A stretch of 64,000 bases of DNA from Rebecca billardiae RCC1528. Taxonomy: Eukaryota; Protista; Haptophyta. Below the pieces are notes generated by a model. That model did not search any database. It had not been told where the DNA came from and saw nothing but the letters and a program-made list of their open reading frames with translations. Positions 35,854-47,502 of the stretch are shown here, piece by piece. The number at the start of each line of letters is the position of its first letter. Position 1 is the first letter of the stretch. The stretch is from NCBI GenBank assembly GCA_965240325.2, contig OZ251237.1, positions 1,054,001-1,118,000 of the forward strand, read 5' to 3'. The position numbers and the translations under genes are program-made.

Positions 35854-36685
35854 TGTTCTACGTGACACAGTCTGATTTCATTCTGAATCAACGTTGATCA
35901 CGTGCGTCGTCGGCGTATGGCACTGTACGCTGATTCGATCGCGGCGCGTGATGACGATGCTGACCGCACCGTGATTCGTGAAGTGCCATCAGCATGAGCA
36001 GTCCTACGGCCTGCGACGGCGGCCGAGCTCGTGAACTCGTCTGTAGAGTGTAAGCTAGTGAGTACGTAGTGACTGTACGTGGAATCATATAGTGTGGACT
36101 GTGGTCTCTGAGTGTGGATCAGTGGATGGACGACGGCTGGCCCACGACTAAGCTAGTCTCTATAGCTTCAGTGAAGCTTAATAATGCGCGCGTCGGCGGC
36201 CATGACGGATCAGAAAGTATCGTCTGCGTATTAATAGACATTGGCGTGGGCGTGGCCGTGGCCGCGGCGGACGGCGCTCAGCAGACTGATGTTCTACGTG
36301 ACACAGTCTGATTTCATTCTGAATCAACGTTGATCACGTGCGTCGTCGGCGTATGGCACTGTACGCTGATTCGATCGCGGCGCGTGATGACGATGCTGAC
36401 CGCACCGTGATTCGTGACTCAGTGCCATCAGCAGTCCTCTGTCCTACGGCCTGCGACGGCGGCCGAGCTCGTGAACTCGTCTGTAGAGTGTAAGCTAGTG
36501 AGTACGTAGTGACTGTACGTGGAATCATATAGTGTGGACTGTGGTCTCTGAGTGTGGATCAGTGGATGGACGACGGCTGGCCCACGACTAAGCTAGTCTC
36601 TATAGCTTCAGTGAAGCTTAATAATGCGCGCGTCGGCGGCATGACGGATCAGAAAGTATCGTCTGCGTATTAATAGACATTGGCG
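35809..36685. repeat. ~436-bp tandem duplication of the convergent PPAN/ABCG 3' region
   Basis: Copy 1 ~35809-36246, copy 2 ~36245-36685; near-identical apart from a few micro-indels. Confidence 0.95.
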
Positions 36686-38612
36686 CTCGCACGTCGAGCC
36701 AGCAGGATCATCGCCAGCAGCTGCATCCCCACGAACAACGCAATGAGCACGCCCGCATACGCCCACTGCAGCTCGGGGTCGACGTCATTGAGCTCGAAGA
36801 GGGCGATGCAGCCGGGCACGCCCGCGCGCGCGCACTCGGAGAACTCGATGATGACCGCTAGGTTGAGCGCGAACTTGAGCGCGCAGAGGTACTGCGCCCA
36901 GCGCACGAACACGGGGATCTGGCTGATTTTGATGAAGAAGCCGGCGAACAGCAGCTGCGGCACGAAGATGATCGGCACCTGTTGCATCCGAGTCGCACAC
37001 ACGGACCCGTTTGCGCGCACAGGCGGAGGCAGCGCCGGTGAGCGGCTTGTCGTGGATGCAAGGGCGGAGGCTGGAGCGCACAGCGGGCAGACGCGGCACG
37101 CACCGTGTTGAGCGCCTCCTCGATGTTGCTCAGCATGCTGCCCACGAGCAGCGCCGTCGAGGACGCGATGAGCGCGAGGATCCAGCACGCGAGCACGAGC
37201 AGGATGAAGTTGCCTGTGAAGCCGATCATCCAGTGCAGCACCAGCCACGTGCTGAGCGCGTTGGCAAAGGCGAGCGGCAGCTCGAGCGCGACTTTCGAGA
37301 GGAAGTACGCGGTGGCGGAGTAGCTGCCCGCGGCGTACTCGCGCAGAAAGATCGGCCGCTCGACCGGGAACGCGATCAGCATCGGCTGAGCGCTCCCGAA
37401 CATGATGGAGATGAACGCGTTCACCAGCGCGCCAAAGTGCGACTGCTTGTCGTCCAGCCGCGCCGCCTGGAAGAAGATGATGCCGTAGATGACGTTGAGC
37501 ACGAGCGGGATGGCGTAGCGCGCGACGATGCCGCCGTAGTTGCGGAAGGTGTTGAGCACCTCGCGCACGAACAGCATGCGCAGCTGCATCGGCCAGCTCG
37601 CCTGCACCACGCGGTGCTCGTCGTTCACGCCGAGCAATCCGCCGAGCGTGCGCTGCCGGCTGGCCGCGGGCGGGCTGCTGCGCGGCCGCCCAGATGGCGG
37701 CTTCGCGCCGCCTGCACGACTGGCGCCGGGCAGCGCGGGCTGCTGCGCGTCAACGACCTTTTGTAGCTCCTCGTGCGGCTCCGTCTGCATCTTGAACATC
37801 ACAAAGTCCGCGGGGTTGTGCTGTGGCGGGAACGGGAAGCCCGCGCGCGCCCACGTGGGGGCAAGGGCGGACATTGCGTCCGTGAAGAGCAGCTCGCCAT
37901 GCGAGACGAGGAGCACGCGGTCGAAGAGCTCGAAGATCTCGGAGGAGGGCTGGTGGATGGTGCACACCACGAGCCGGCCGTCGGACGCCACCTCCTTGAG
38001 CTGCTTCACCACCTGCATCGCGGCGTACGAGTCGAGCCCGCTCGTCGGCTCGTCGAGGAATACTATCGAGGGGTCAGTCACCAGCTCGACGCCGATCGAT
38101 GCGCGCTTCTTCTCGCCACCGGAGATGCCCTTGACCATATCGTTGCCCACGATGGTGTCCGCGCACTCCTCGAGCCGCAGCGCCTTGATCATCCGCTCGA
38201 CCACGCGCTCCTTCTCGTCCGAGGGCTCATCCGCCGCGCGTCGAAGCTTGCATGAGAAGCGAAGCGACTCGCGCGGCGTGGCGAAGGGCATGAGCGCGTC
38301 CTCCTGCATCACGTAAGCGATGCGCGAGCGAAATGCTCTGCTCGAGGGGTCCATGTTCTCGCCGTCGAGCATGATCTTCCCTTCGATCTTTCGGGCTTTA
38401 TTAGACGTGACGCGCCCCGCGAGGATGTTCATCAGAGATGTCTTGCCCGCGCCGCTCGGGCCGAGGATGGCGACCACCTCGCCGCCGTGGAGCGTTGCCG
38501 ACACGCCCTTGAGAATGGGCTTGTCCCCTACCGCGAAGCGCAGGTTTTGGAACTCCAGCGTGACCCCACCGCCATCCTCAAGCGTGACGCCCGTCGCCCG
38601 TCCGCTCGCCAT
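36670..38612 (-). CDS. ABCG (White-family) half transporter
   Basis: Walker A GPSGAGKT, signature ISGGEKKR, Walker B VFLDEPTSGLD, TIHQP, ABC2 membrane domain. Exons 38612-37104 and 36978-36670. Confidence 0.96.
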
Positions 38613-38801
38613 TGTACTTCTCAAGAGCCGAGTGCAGCTCTTGATCCGGAGCCGGCGACCAATCTCGCTTTCTGAGCAAGCGCCGGTGCAAAAGTGCATC
38701 ATGCAGCAAAAGGTTCATTTGATCATTATTTTGATGGCAGCGGTCCTTTGTCATCAGTTTGTCACAGGCTCAGTGTCACGCGTAGCTGTGAATGACAGTT
38801 A

Positions 38802-38847
38802 CTCGCCTGCCTGAGCTGTGTGCGTCTCTTAACCTTAGTCAACTGTA
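38802..38847. repeat. copy of dispersed ~45-bp repeat
   Basis: CTCGCCTGCCTGAGCTGTGTGCGTCTCTTAACCTTAGTCAACTGTA. Confidence 0.9.
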
Positions 38848-38979
38848 CTGTAGTACTGTAGTAGTAGCATGACGAGGTATCACATGTGCCAGCAGGCACT
38901 GGCAGTCATGACCAGTCTTACCAGTTAGTACTGTAGTAAGACGACTTAAACCGTGGTAAGTCCGCACGGCCACGCCGGG

Positions 38980-40161
38980 TCACCCTGCAGCCGGGGAGGC
39001 TGCGGTGGAGGCGGTGGCGTTGCACGCGGCCACCGTGCTGTCAGGCCCGCGCTCGCCGCGCGCTCCATAGAAGACGTGCTCGAGCATGAGCCCTTGCGCA
39101 GGCGCGGTGTAGACGAGCGAGCGCGCGCGCGTCTTGCTCTCCGCCGAGGCGGGTGTCGCCGACGCCTGCTGTGGCGCCTGCACGAGTGCGCGGAAGTCGT
39201 CGACGGACATCCGGCCGAGGCCAACCATCACGAGCGTGCCGGCCATCATCCGCATCTGCTTGTACATGAAGCGGTCCGCCTCGGCCGTGATCTCCACGCC
39301 GCCCTCGCCGTCGGCCACGACCTCGGCCCGCCAGAGGTGGCGCACCGGCGAGCGCGGGTCGTCCGCGTGCATCGCAGAGAGCAGCGAGAAGTCGTGGACG
39401 CCCACGAGGCTCTTGGCCGCCTCGGCCATCGCGCCCACATCGAGCTCTCGCCGCGCGCCACGGACCAGCCGGTCGCCCACCGACCAGCACCACCGCGTCT
39501 CGAACGGCGACGGCGCTCGCTCGAGGACGCGGTACGTGTATCGCTTGCCCAGGCACGAGTGGCGCGCGTGGAAGTCAGGCGGCGCGGGCTGCACGTCGAG
39601 GACGCGCAGCGCGGGCGGCAAGCCCGTCTGCAGCGCTCGGAGTAGAAGGTCGGCCCGATGGGTATCCGCTTCGTCAGTGCTCCCACCGCCGTCCACGTCC
39701 GGAGTATCGCACGGCGCGTCGAAATGGAACACGGCCGCCCGAGCCGACACGCCCGCATCGGTTCGGCCCGCGCCCGCGATGGTTGTGGGCGTGCGTAGGA
39801 ATGCCCCGAGCCGCTCCTCGAGCGCACCCTGCACTGTCCGCACGCCCTGCTGCTGGATCATCCAGCCGTTGAACTCCGAGCCATCGTACGCACACGTGGC
39901 CCGGAAGCGGCGCATGCGCTGCTGCGCGGTTGTCCCCGCGGGTTGGCGTGCGTGATGCGTGCGAGCTGATCTCTGCGTCACAGATGGCGTCGTCGGGGTC
40001 TGCGTGCAGCGCGAGATGGTGCGAGCGAGCGGGCGATCCGCCGCCGCAGCGCCGCCCGACCACGAGAAGGGTGTGTGGCCGATCGGAGTGGCGTCCAGCC
40101 GGTTGGACGCCATCTTGACGATGCTCGCGATGCCCGCCGGCGCGGCGATGGACCTTGTCAT
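38980..40161 (-). CDS. truA: tRNA pseudouridine synthase A (TruA family)
   Basis: AYDGSEFNGW, GAGRTDAGVSA, FHAR, GVHDFS, FMYKQMR.MAG, TAPAQGL. The catalytic domain starts near 39915; the true start codon is uncertain (40161, 40113 or 39915). Confidence 0.92.
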   Translation of the reverse strand: MTRSIAAPAGIASIVKMASNRLDATPIGHTPFSWSGGAAAADRPLARTISRCTQTPTTPSVTQRSARTHHARQPAGTTAQQRMRRFRATCAYDGSEFNGWMIQQQGVRTVQGALEERLGAFLRTPTTIAGAGRTDAGVSARAAVFHFDAPCDTPDVDGGGSTDEADTHRADLLLRALQTGLPPALRVLDVQPAPPDFHARHSCLGKRYTYRVLERAPSPFETRWCWSVGDRLVRGARRELDVGAMAEAAKSLVGVHDFSLLSAMHADDPRSPVRHLWRAEVVADGEGGVEITAEADRFMYKQMRMMAGTLVMVGLGRMSVDDFRALVQAPQQASATPASAESKTRARSLVYTAPAQGLMLEHVFYGARGERGPDSTVAACNATASTAASPAAG

Positions 40162-40401
40162 GCGCTCTAACTCGGCCGCTCGCGGCAACCCTTTGCAGTT
40201 CATACAGTAGAATGAGTCAGCTTGCGACCTGATTGCGCACTGACGAACGCGTGGCGACCGCAGCCTGCAACCGGCACGCGGCCAACCTGCCGAGGACGCA
40301 CGGCACCGGCAGGAGACTGGAGAGTGACAAACTCACTCACAGTCGTCACACTGGAAATGACCCCGCGCGCTGAGAGTCTCAGTGTCGCCATCAGTCGGGC
40401 A

Positions 40402-41529
40402 TCAGTGGACACATGCGAACGAGTAGTTGGCGGCAGGAGAGGTGGCCGACAGCAGCCTGCTCATCTGGTCGCCGGTGAGTGCAAAGTCAAAGATGGCGGC
40501 ATCGTCGCTGAGGTGGCGCTTGGACGTGCTCTTGGTCACGAGCGCAAGCCCGAGCTGAGCGACGTACCGCAGCGACGTCTGCGCGCCGCTCCGGCCGTTC
40601 TCCTTCCCGATGCCCGTGACGAGCGGCCCGGTGATGAGCTCACGCGAGCGACCGTCGCCGAGCGGCGAGTAGGCCTGCAACACGATGCCGCGCGCCGCGC
40701 ACGCGCTCGCGATCCCGCCCTGGTCCGGGCCCATGCCCACGTGGTACTGCACCTGGTTCACAGCGGGCACGATGGTGGTCCCCCCGCCGTGCGACGGCGC
40801 GATGCACTCCAGGCAGCTTGGACAGAAGTTGGAGACGCCGATCGCGCGCGCCTTCCCCGCGTAGTACGCGTCCTCGAGCGCGCGCCACTGCGCGCGCATG
40901 CGCGGGCAGTGCGTGTGCGTGTACGGGAATGGGCGTGGAGGAAAGTGCAGCAGAAGCAGGTCGACCCGCTCGACTTTGAGCTGCGCGAGGTCGTCGTTGA
41001 TGTCAGCGGCCGTGCTGTCCGCGCACTCGTCGACCGACTGAGCGTCGCAGCCCGGCACCTTGGTGGTGAGGAACACGTCCGAACGCTGGCCGTGCTTGCG
41101 AATGGCCTCGCCAACAGCCTCCTGGTTCTCGTAGTCTGGGCGCGAGTGACGGAGGGTGTGGCCACGTGGTTGCGGGCATCAACAAACGGGCGGTGAGGCC
41201 GCACACGCACGCGACACCACGCGGCCGCGGGTGTCAACCAAGGGGCAGCGAGGGTACACATGCGTGCGTGACCACGTGGGCGACCCCTGCCGCAGCATCA
41301 GTCGGCACACACCATTCGCCGTATCGACGTGCGTGAACCCGGCATCGAGTGCATAAGCGATTGCCGTCTCGACCTCGTCGGCCGACAGCTCCCACACGCC
41401 GACGGCGAGCTGCGGCATATACACTGGACCATCGGGTGTGCGCAGCCTCATGACTGGATCGACGCCCTCCGCGCCGGCCGCAAGCATCATCATCATCATC
41501 ATCATCATCGCCGTGCGCGAAGCCGCCAT
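40402..41529 (-). CDS. aldo/keto reductase
   Basis: GFTHVDTAN|DYENQEAVGEA, FLTTK, DLLLLHFP, AIGVSNF, VNQVQYH, AYSPLG. Exons 41529-41313 and 41135-40402. Confidence 0.93.
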
Positions 41530-41616
41530 CGTGCGAACTGCGAATTACTCCGAAATTTCCGAACCGGATGGCGCGGGGAAATAAGATTACAGTAATGTCG
41601 CGCCAATATCCATGTA

Positions 41617-41659
41617 CGCCTGCCTGAGCTGTGTGCGTCTCTTATTCTTAGTAAACTGT
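41617..41659. repeat. copy of dispersed ~45-bp repeat
   Basis: CGCCTGCCTGAGCTGTGTGCGTCTCTTATTCTTAGTAAACTGT. Confidence 0.92.
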
Positions 41660-41873
41660 CACGGAGCCGGTGACTACCATCATTATGATTGTGACATGAC
41701 GGACGTGATGATCAGAGACAGTGTTTCTGCTGTATTGTAACTCACTAGTCTCAAGTCTGTTATAATAATAATGCGCAATAATAGAGTGATTTTCGTTTAT
41801 AGTTATTTCGTACGACTGCATCAGCAGGCCTGTATCAGGCAGTATCATCAGGCCAGTAGCAGACTAGCAGTGT

Positions 41874-42860
41874 TCACCAATCACCACGGCAATGCTGCTG
41901 CTGCAGCTGCTCGTAGTCCCGCGACTGACGATATTGGCCGCGCAGCATGCACACGATCTCGCGCGTGGTCTCGGTGAGCGCGGGGAGCGCTGCAAACATG
42001 ACGAACGCCGGCACCACGCTCTTTACCAGCGACGCATGCACACCGGCGAAGAGGCCGCCAGCACCGGCGGTGGAGAGCACTTTGCGGGCCACGCTGAGCA
42101 TTGACGGTGGCGTGTCTGCCTGGCTGGTCATCACGATGGACTTGATGGTGTTCAGCGGCGCAGTCGACACTTCGGCGAGCATGCCCGCGAGTACGCCGAC
42201 GAGCCCGGAGGTGAGAGCCGGATGAGAGTGCCAAGCTTCACAGCGCGAGGCGTGCTCGAGCAGCACGCGGTAGCCCACCCATTGCACGGTGGTGCCGAGC
42301 ACAGTCGGCAGCACGTTTGCGCCCAGCACAGTCGGCGACAGCAGCGTCATAGCGTCGAGGGCCAGCGCGCCGCCCGAGTTTGCGATGGCACGCTTCTTGG
42401 CCACCTCGAGCGGCGTGTTCACAACGGCCGCGGCGATCGCGCCGCCGAGGGACCGAGCAACCACGGCACCGGGCGGGAGCGACTGGGCAAGCTTCGCATC
42501 TGCAAAGAAGAACGCGACATTGCCGAGCGCGGCGCATCCGAGCGCCCAGCCGAGTCCGGCGAGGAGCGGAAATCTCGGCGCGCTCGCCACGCTACGCCCG
42601 TTGGCAAGGACCACGTCGCGCGGATGCGGATGCGCGACGCCGCGCTGCACCTGCGCGCGCGTGGCGGCGACTTCGAACGGCCACGCGGCAATCGTCGCGA
42701 GCACGCCAGAGCACGTACCAGCCACCACCCTGACGAGCACATCGTCAGAGCTCGCCTCAGTGGGCACAACAGATAGCTCTCGGTGCTTCTCAGGCCCGTT
42801 TCCCGCGAGCATCGTGAGCACGCGATGCGCGGGCTCGAGCAGGACGGGGTGGACGCGCAT
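41874..42860 (-). CDS. divergent mitochondrial carrier family (SLC25) protein
   Basis: Three Px[DE]xx[KR]-like motifs (PFEVAATRAQ, PLEVAKKR, PLNTIKS) plus GAGGLFAG; start uncertain. Confidence 0.8.
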   Translation of the reverse strand: MRVHPVLLEPAHRVLTMLAGNGPEKHRELSVVPTEASSDDVLVRVVAGTCSGVLATIAAWPFEVAATRAQVQRGVAHPHPRDVVLANGRSVASAPRFPLLAGLGWALGCAALGNVAFFFADAKLAQSLPPGAVVARSLGGAIAAAVVNTPLEVAKKRAIANSGGALALDAMTLLSPTVLGANVLPTVLGTTVQWVGYRVLLEHASRCEAWHSHPALTSGLVGVLAGMLAEVSTAPLNTIKSIVMTSQADTPPSMLSVARKVLSTAGAGGLFAGVHASLVKSVVPAFVMFAALPALTETTREIVCMLRGQYRQSRDYEQLQQQHCRGDW

Positions 42861-43371
42861 CGCGACGGGGGGCCAGTCTGGTTCCAGCGGGGGACGGGGT
42901 CTCGATCGCACAGCCAGCGTGCGTTCGCCGAGCGGGAGGGGCCGTGTGTTGTACAGATGTACAGTTTATTTGTTTTAACGTGCGTAAGGCTCACGGTGGC
43001 AGGTTGCCGCGCCATCCATTACTTGTACTTAGATTCCACGCGAGAATACTATCATACTGTACGTACTAGTATGCTTGCTCTGAAGGCGAAATCAAAGGAC
43101 GAGATATGAGAATTCTCGCGATGACGTCAAGCGCACGTCATTCGTCCACGTCTGGTTGCTCCAGACGCCCGCGGGTACAGTCCGACTCGACATTCGACCT
43201 TGATCTGGACCTCAATCCGAGATGTGCTGGCTCCCGATTCCCGACCCGACCGAGCAGGGCTTCTCGGGACGCGCGTTCGTAGCCACAGTCCACACACCAT
43301 CGGACCAGCCGCACCAGCCTGCGACAGCCTCTCCGCGCCGAACCGCCCCAACCCCGTCGTCGACGAGCCTC

Positions 43372-45541
43372 ATGAGCAACTGCGCGTACGTGACGTTCCT
43401 CGAGGGTGACAGCGAGTACCTTCTCGGTGTGCTCGCTCTCGCTCGCTCGCTCAAGCTCAACCAGTGCAAGTTCAAGCTCATCGTGTGCTGCACGCCGACG
43501 GTGCCGCCGAGCGCGCGAGAGCGCCTCGCCGCCGAGCCAAACGGTGCGCAGCGACGTGCGACCCGCGACGCGCTGGCCATGTGCAACGTGCGACGCAATC
43601 GCGTCGTGCAACCTGTAAATCCGTACTTCTCAACGACCCCTTCGCCCCCGCACCGCGCACTGGCCCGCGTCACCTGTGCTGTCCGCACGTGCGCGCGCAG
43701 TCGAAGTGCGCGGCATCGAGTGGCTGGAGCTGCCCGCCCACCTCGCAACGGACACGGAGAAGCTCGCCAACCCGCAGGTGCGCGAGCGTCATGCAATGCA
43801 ATGTTCTACCTCGCACCCGGCGGTGGCCTCGCCCGGCGATGCTGCGACGCTCGGGCACGTCCGCGTCCACGCGCCCACGTACGCGCGCGCTCACTCGAGC
43901 GCCCCGTCCTCCGCTCCCGCGCCGCGCAGTTCGTGCGCAACTTCACCAAGCTCCGGCTGTGGCAGCTGACCGACCTCAACAAGTGCGTGTATCTCGACGC
44001 GGACGCGCTCGCGCTGTCCTGCCTCGACGACATGTTCCTCGCCCCCGCCTTCTCCGCGGTGCTCGACAACATGGCCGCCGACGCGGAGTTCTCTGAGACT
44101 AAGTTCCAGACGCCCGGCTGGGCCGTGCGCACTGCGCACGCCGAGCCCAAGCGGTCCTACTTCAACGCGGGCGTGTTCGTCTTTGAGCCGTCCGAAGCCG
44201 AGTTCAACTCGATGATGGAAGACCTCGCCACCTTCCCGCTCACCCGCTTCGCCGAGCAGGACTTCCTGAACGCGCGGCACGCGGGTCGTTGGAACCAGCT
44301 GCCCCTGTCGTTCAACTGGGGCAAGCCGTCGTTCTGGCTGTGCCCGCAGCTGTGCTGCTTCGACGCGCTCAAGGTTGTGCACTTCTCGGGGCGGCTCAAG
44401 CCGTGGATGCGCGCGCGCGACGGCACGTGGCGGGCGACGGACGTGGCGGCGGCCAGCCCGATCGAGAGGGCGGCGGTGTGCGGCAAGGACGCCACACCTC
44501 CGGACGAGAACCTCGCGCGCGCCGTCGACCGCTGGTGGGCAGCGTTCGACTCGGGGCACGGCGCGCTGGCGTCGGTGCGCGGCGCGACGGCGCAGCCAGC
44601 CGAGCCGTCGTCCGTCGTGCTCCGCGAGCTGCCCGCGCCCGCGCCCAGCCCCTCCGTCTCCAAGGCCGCCCCGCCCAAGCTGCTCTTTGTCGTGCACCGC
44701 GCGTACCCTCACGACGGCGGCTCCGAGTACTACGTGCACTGGCTCGCCTCCGAGGCCGCGAGCCGCGGCGTGCAGGTGACGGTGCTCGCGGGCACGCACA
44801 AGGGCAGCCAGGTGCGCGCGCAGCCGCGCGAGCAGCGGGGCCAGCGCTCGCGCGCGCGCGCGCTCGCGTGCTCACCGCGGCCCGCGCTCGCCCCGGCCCG
44901 CGCCTGCACGCTCGCGTGCCCATCCGCGCGCGCAGGGCGACGTCCGCGTCACCTCCGACCTGGGCATCCTCACGAGCGAGCGCTTCGACGCGATCGTCGT
45001 GCACGGCAGCGACTGCACCACCCAGGACCAGGTGCTCACCGAGCTGGGCGCCGGCCGCGTCGCCTCTCCGGTCGTGTACCTCATCATCAAGCCGTCTGAT
45101 TCGCCGACTTCGCTCGCGGGCCTGCGGCATGCGGCGCTGGTCGGCTGCTCCACCGCGGCGGACTGGGCGCATGCGCGCGCGCACGGCGTGGAGGCGTCGC
45201 GGCTCGCGCAGATCACGCACGGCGTCGACGCTCGGACAGCGAGCGGCGCGCCCGGCTTCCGCGCGCGCCACGCGATCCCTCCGAACGGCCGCCTCTTCGT
45301 GAGCGCGGGCGGCTTCGGCCCGCACAAGCGGATGCTCGAGCTCGCGCGCGCGTTTGGCGCGGCGCGTCGCGAGGGCGACGTGCTCATCCTCTTCGGCTAC
45401 CAGCAGCACCCGGTGCGTGCGCTCGCCGCGCGCCGCGCGTGCTCGCTCGAAGCGCGCGTGTCCCGCCGTGTAGCTTGTGCTCACGCCACGCCCTCCGACC
45501 CCGCGTCTGGACCACGCTCCCTGCGCGCGCCCGGTGCCCAC

Positions 45542-45572
<31 letters not shown>

Positions 45573-47231
45573 GCCGCCGCTGCGACGCCGCCGCCGCCGC
45601 GCGCGCAGGACGGCGAGGACTACCTCGACGCGTGCCGCACCGCGTCCGAGGGCGTGCGCGTGGTGCTGGGCGCGCCGCGGCAGGAGGTGCTGGACGCGCT
45701 GGCGGAGGCGGACCTGTACGTGATGCACTCCGAGTGGGAGGGCTTCGGGCTCGTGCTGATCGAGGCGATGCTCAACGGCTGCTGCTGGGCGGCGAACGCG
45801 CGCGCGGGCGCGGCGACCGACCTCGGCCGCTTCGGGTACGCGTACGCCGACGACGAGGAGCTGATCTCGATCATGCAGCGCGCGCGCCGGCTGCCACCGC
45901 AGCGGCGCAAGGCGCTGCAGCTCAGCGCGCTCACGCGGTACAGCGTGCGCACGCCGATCGACGAGCTGCATCGCGCGCTCGCGCGGCGCGCGGGCACGGG
46001 CGTCGCGCTCGGCTCGGCGCCGCCGCCGCCGATGCCGCCGTGCCACGACCCGCCGCTGCTGCCGCCCTCGGCCTCGGCGCGCCGGCGCGCGTGCTACGCG
46101 ACCCTGCTGCACGGCAGCGGCGACTACTACCTCGGCGTGCTCGCGCTCAAGCACTCGCTCGACCGCGCGGGCGCCAAGCTCCCGTTCGTCGTCGCCGTGA
46201 CCGAGGCCGTGCCCGAGTCGCACCGCGCCGTGCTGCGCGCCGCGGGCTGCGAGGTGCGCGCGGAGGCGCTGCCGCGGTTCGCCCGCTCGGCCAGGGGCGC
46301 GCTGCGCCGCGAGTTCGTCGCGTGCTTCGCCAAGCTCGCGCTGTGGGGCTGGACCGAGTACGACGCGGTCGTGTACGTCGACGGCGACATGGTGGTCACG
46401 CGCTCCCTCGACCACCTCGCAGACGTCGAGCTGCCCGAGCCCGACGTGCCGCTGCCGATCGCCGCGGCGCGCGACCTCGGCGACGCGACGCGCCGCACCG
46501 GGCTCTCGCGCACGCGCGCGGGCAAGGTGTACTTCAACGCGGGCCTGATGGTGCTCCGGCCGAGCGCGGCGGCGTGCGCGCACCTCGAGGCGGCGGCGCA
46601 CGACGTGCACACGCTCTCGCTCCCGTACGCGGAGCAGGACCTGCTCAACGACCACGTGGACACGGCGCTGCTCGAGCTGCCGCAGACGTACAACTGCCAC
46701 GTGGACAAGCTCGGCTCGCCCGAGTACGAGGCGGAGGTGGACGCGGCGTGCGGCGCGCTCGAGCTGCCCGCTGTCTTCCACTACTGCGGGCCCAAGCCGT
46801 GGCGCACGCTGCCGCCCGTCGCCACCGCGCCCGACGCGCAGCACGCGGACGCGGGCGGCGTGCTGCACCGGACGCGCTCCGCCGCCGCGCTCGACGAGTG
46901 GTGGAAGCATGGCGCGTTCCACGTGAAGAAGTCGCGCCGCGCCGGCGGCGGCGCCGGGGCGCATGCGGACGGCGGCGCGCTCACCGACACGTCCGCCGGG
47001 GGCGACGAGATCCCGCACGTGGAGAGCCTGGCCTTGCTCGCGTCCACCGAGACCGCTCTGGACGCGGGGCCCGTCTCCGCGCAGTCCTCTTCGAGCAGCC
47101 TGGAGGCGGAGCAGCAGCTCGTCGAGGCGATGGTGGTCAAGCCGGACAAGGCGCGCGCCGCCCAGGCGAGCAGCACGACGACGGACTTGACCCTGGCCGC
47201 TGCTGAGGCGCGCGCTCGTCGCTCCGCATGA
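43372..47231 (+). CDS. tri-domain glycosyltransferase GT8-GT4(GT-B)-GT8
   Basis: Exons 43372-43543, 43701-43777, 43930-44811, 44936-45412, 45609-47231, all GT-AG and in frame. GT8 #1: AYVTFL, KLRLW, YLDAD, YFNAGVFVFEPS, FAEQDFLN, VHF..KPW. GT4: LFVVHR..GGSE, DLYVMHSEWEGFGLVLIEAM. GT8 #2: YATLL, KLALW, YVDGD, YFNAGLMV, AEQDLLN, HYCGPKPW. Confidence 0.9.
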
Positions 47232-47502
47232 GAACTACGCTAAGAACGCGCGCGGCATCATTGACAACTGCGCGCGCCGGCCGCGCGGCGAAATGCGCTG
47301 ACGAGCGCTATCGGACTCGGTACAGCATCACACGTCTGTCCGCTCGCCCGCGCGCGCGCCCATCAGCAGCCGTCGTCGTCATCAGTCATCATCTGACGTG
47401 CACTCATTGTAGGCAGTGATAAGCTAGTAGTTGCTGTCGCCGTGCTTTCCAACCAGCATCGTTCGATCTCTCGATCGATCTGCTGCTGCATGCACGCGAC
47501 TG

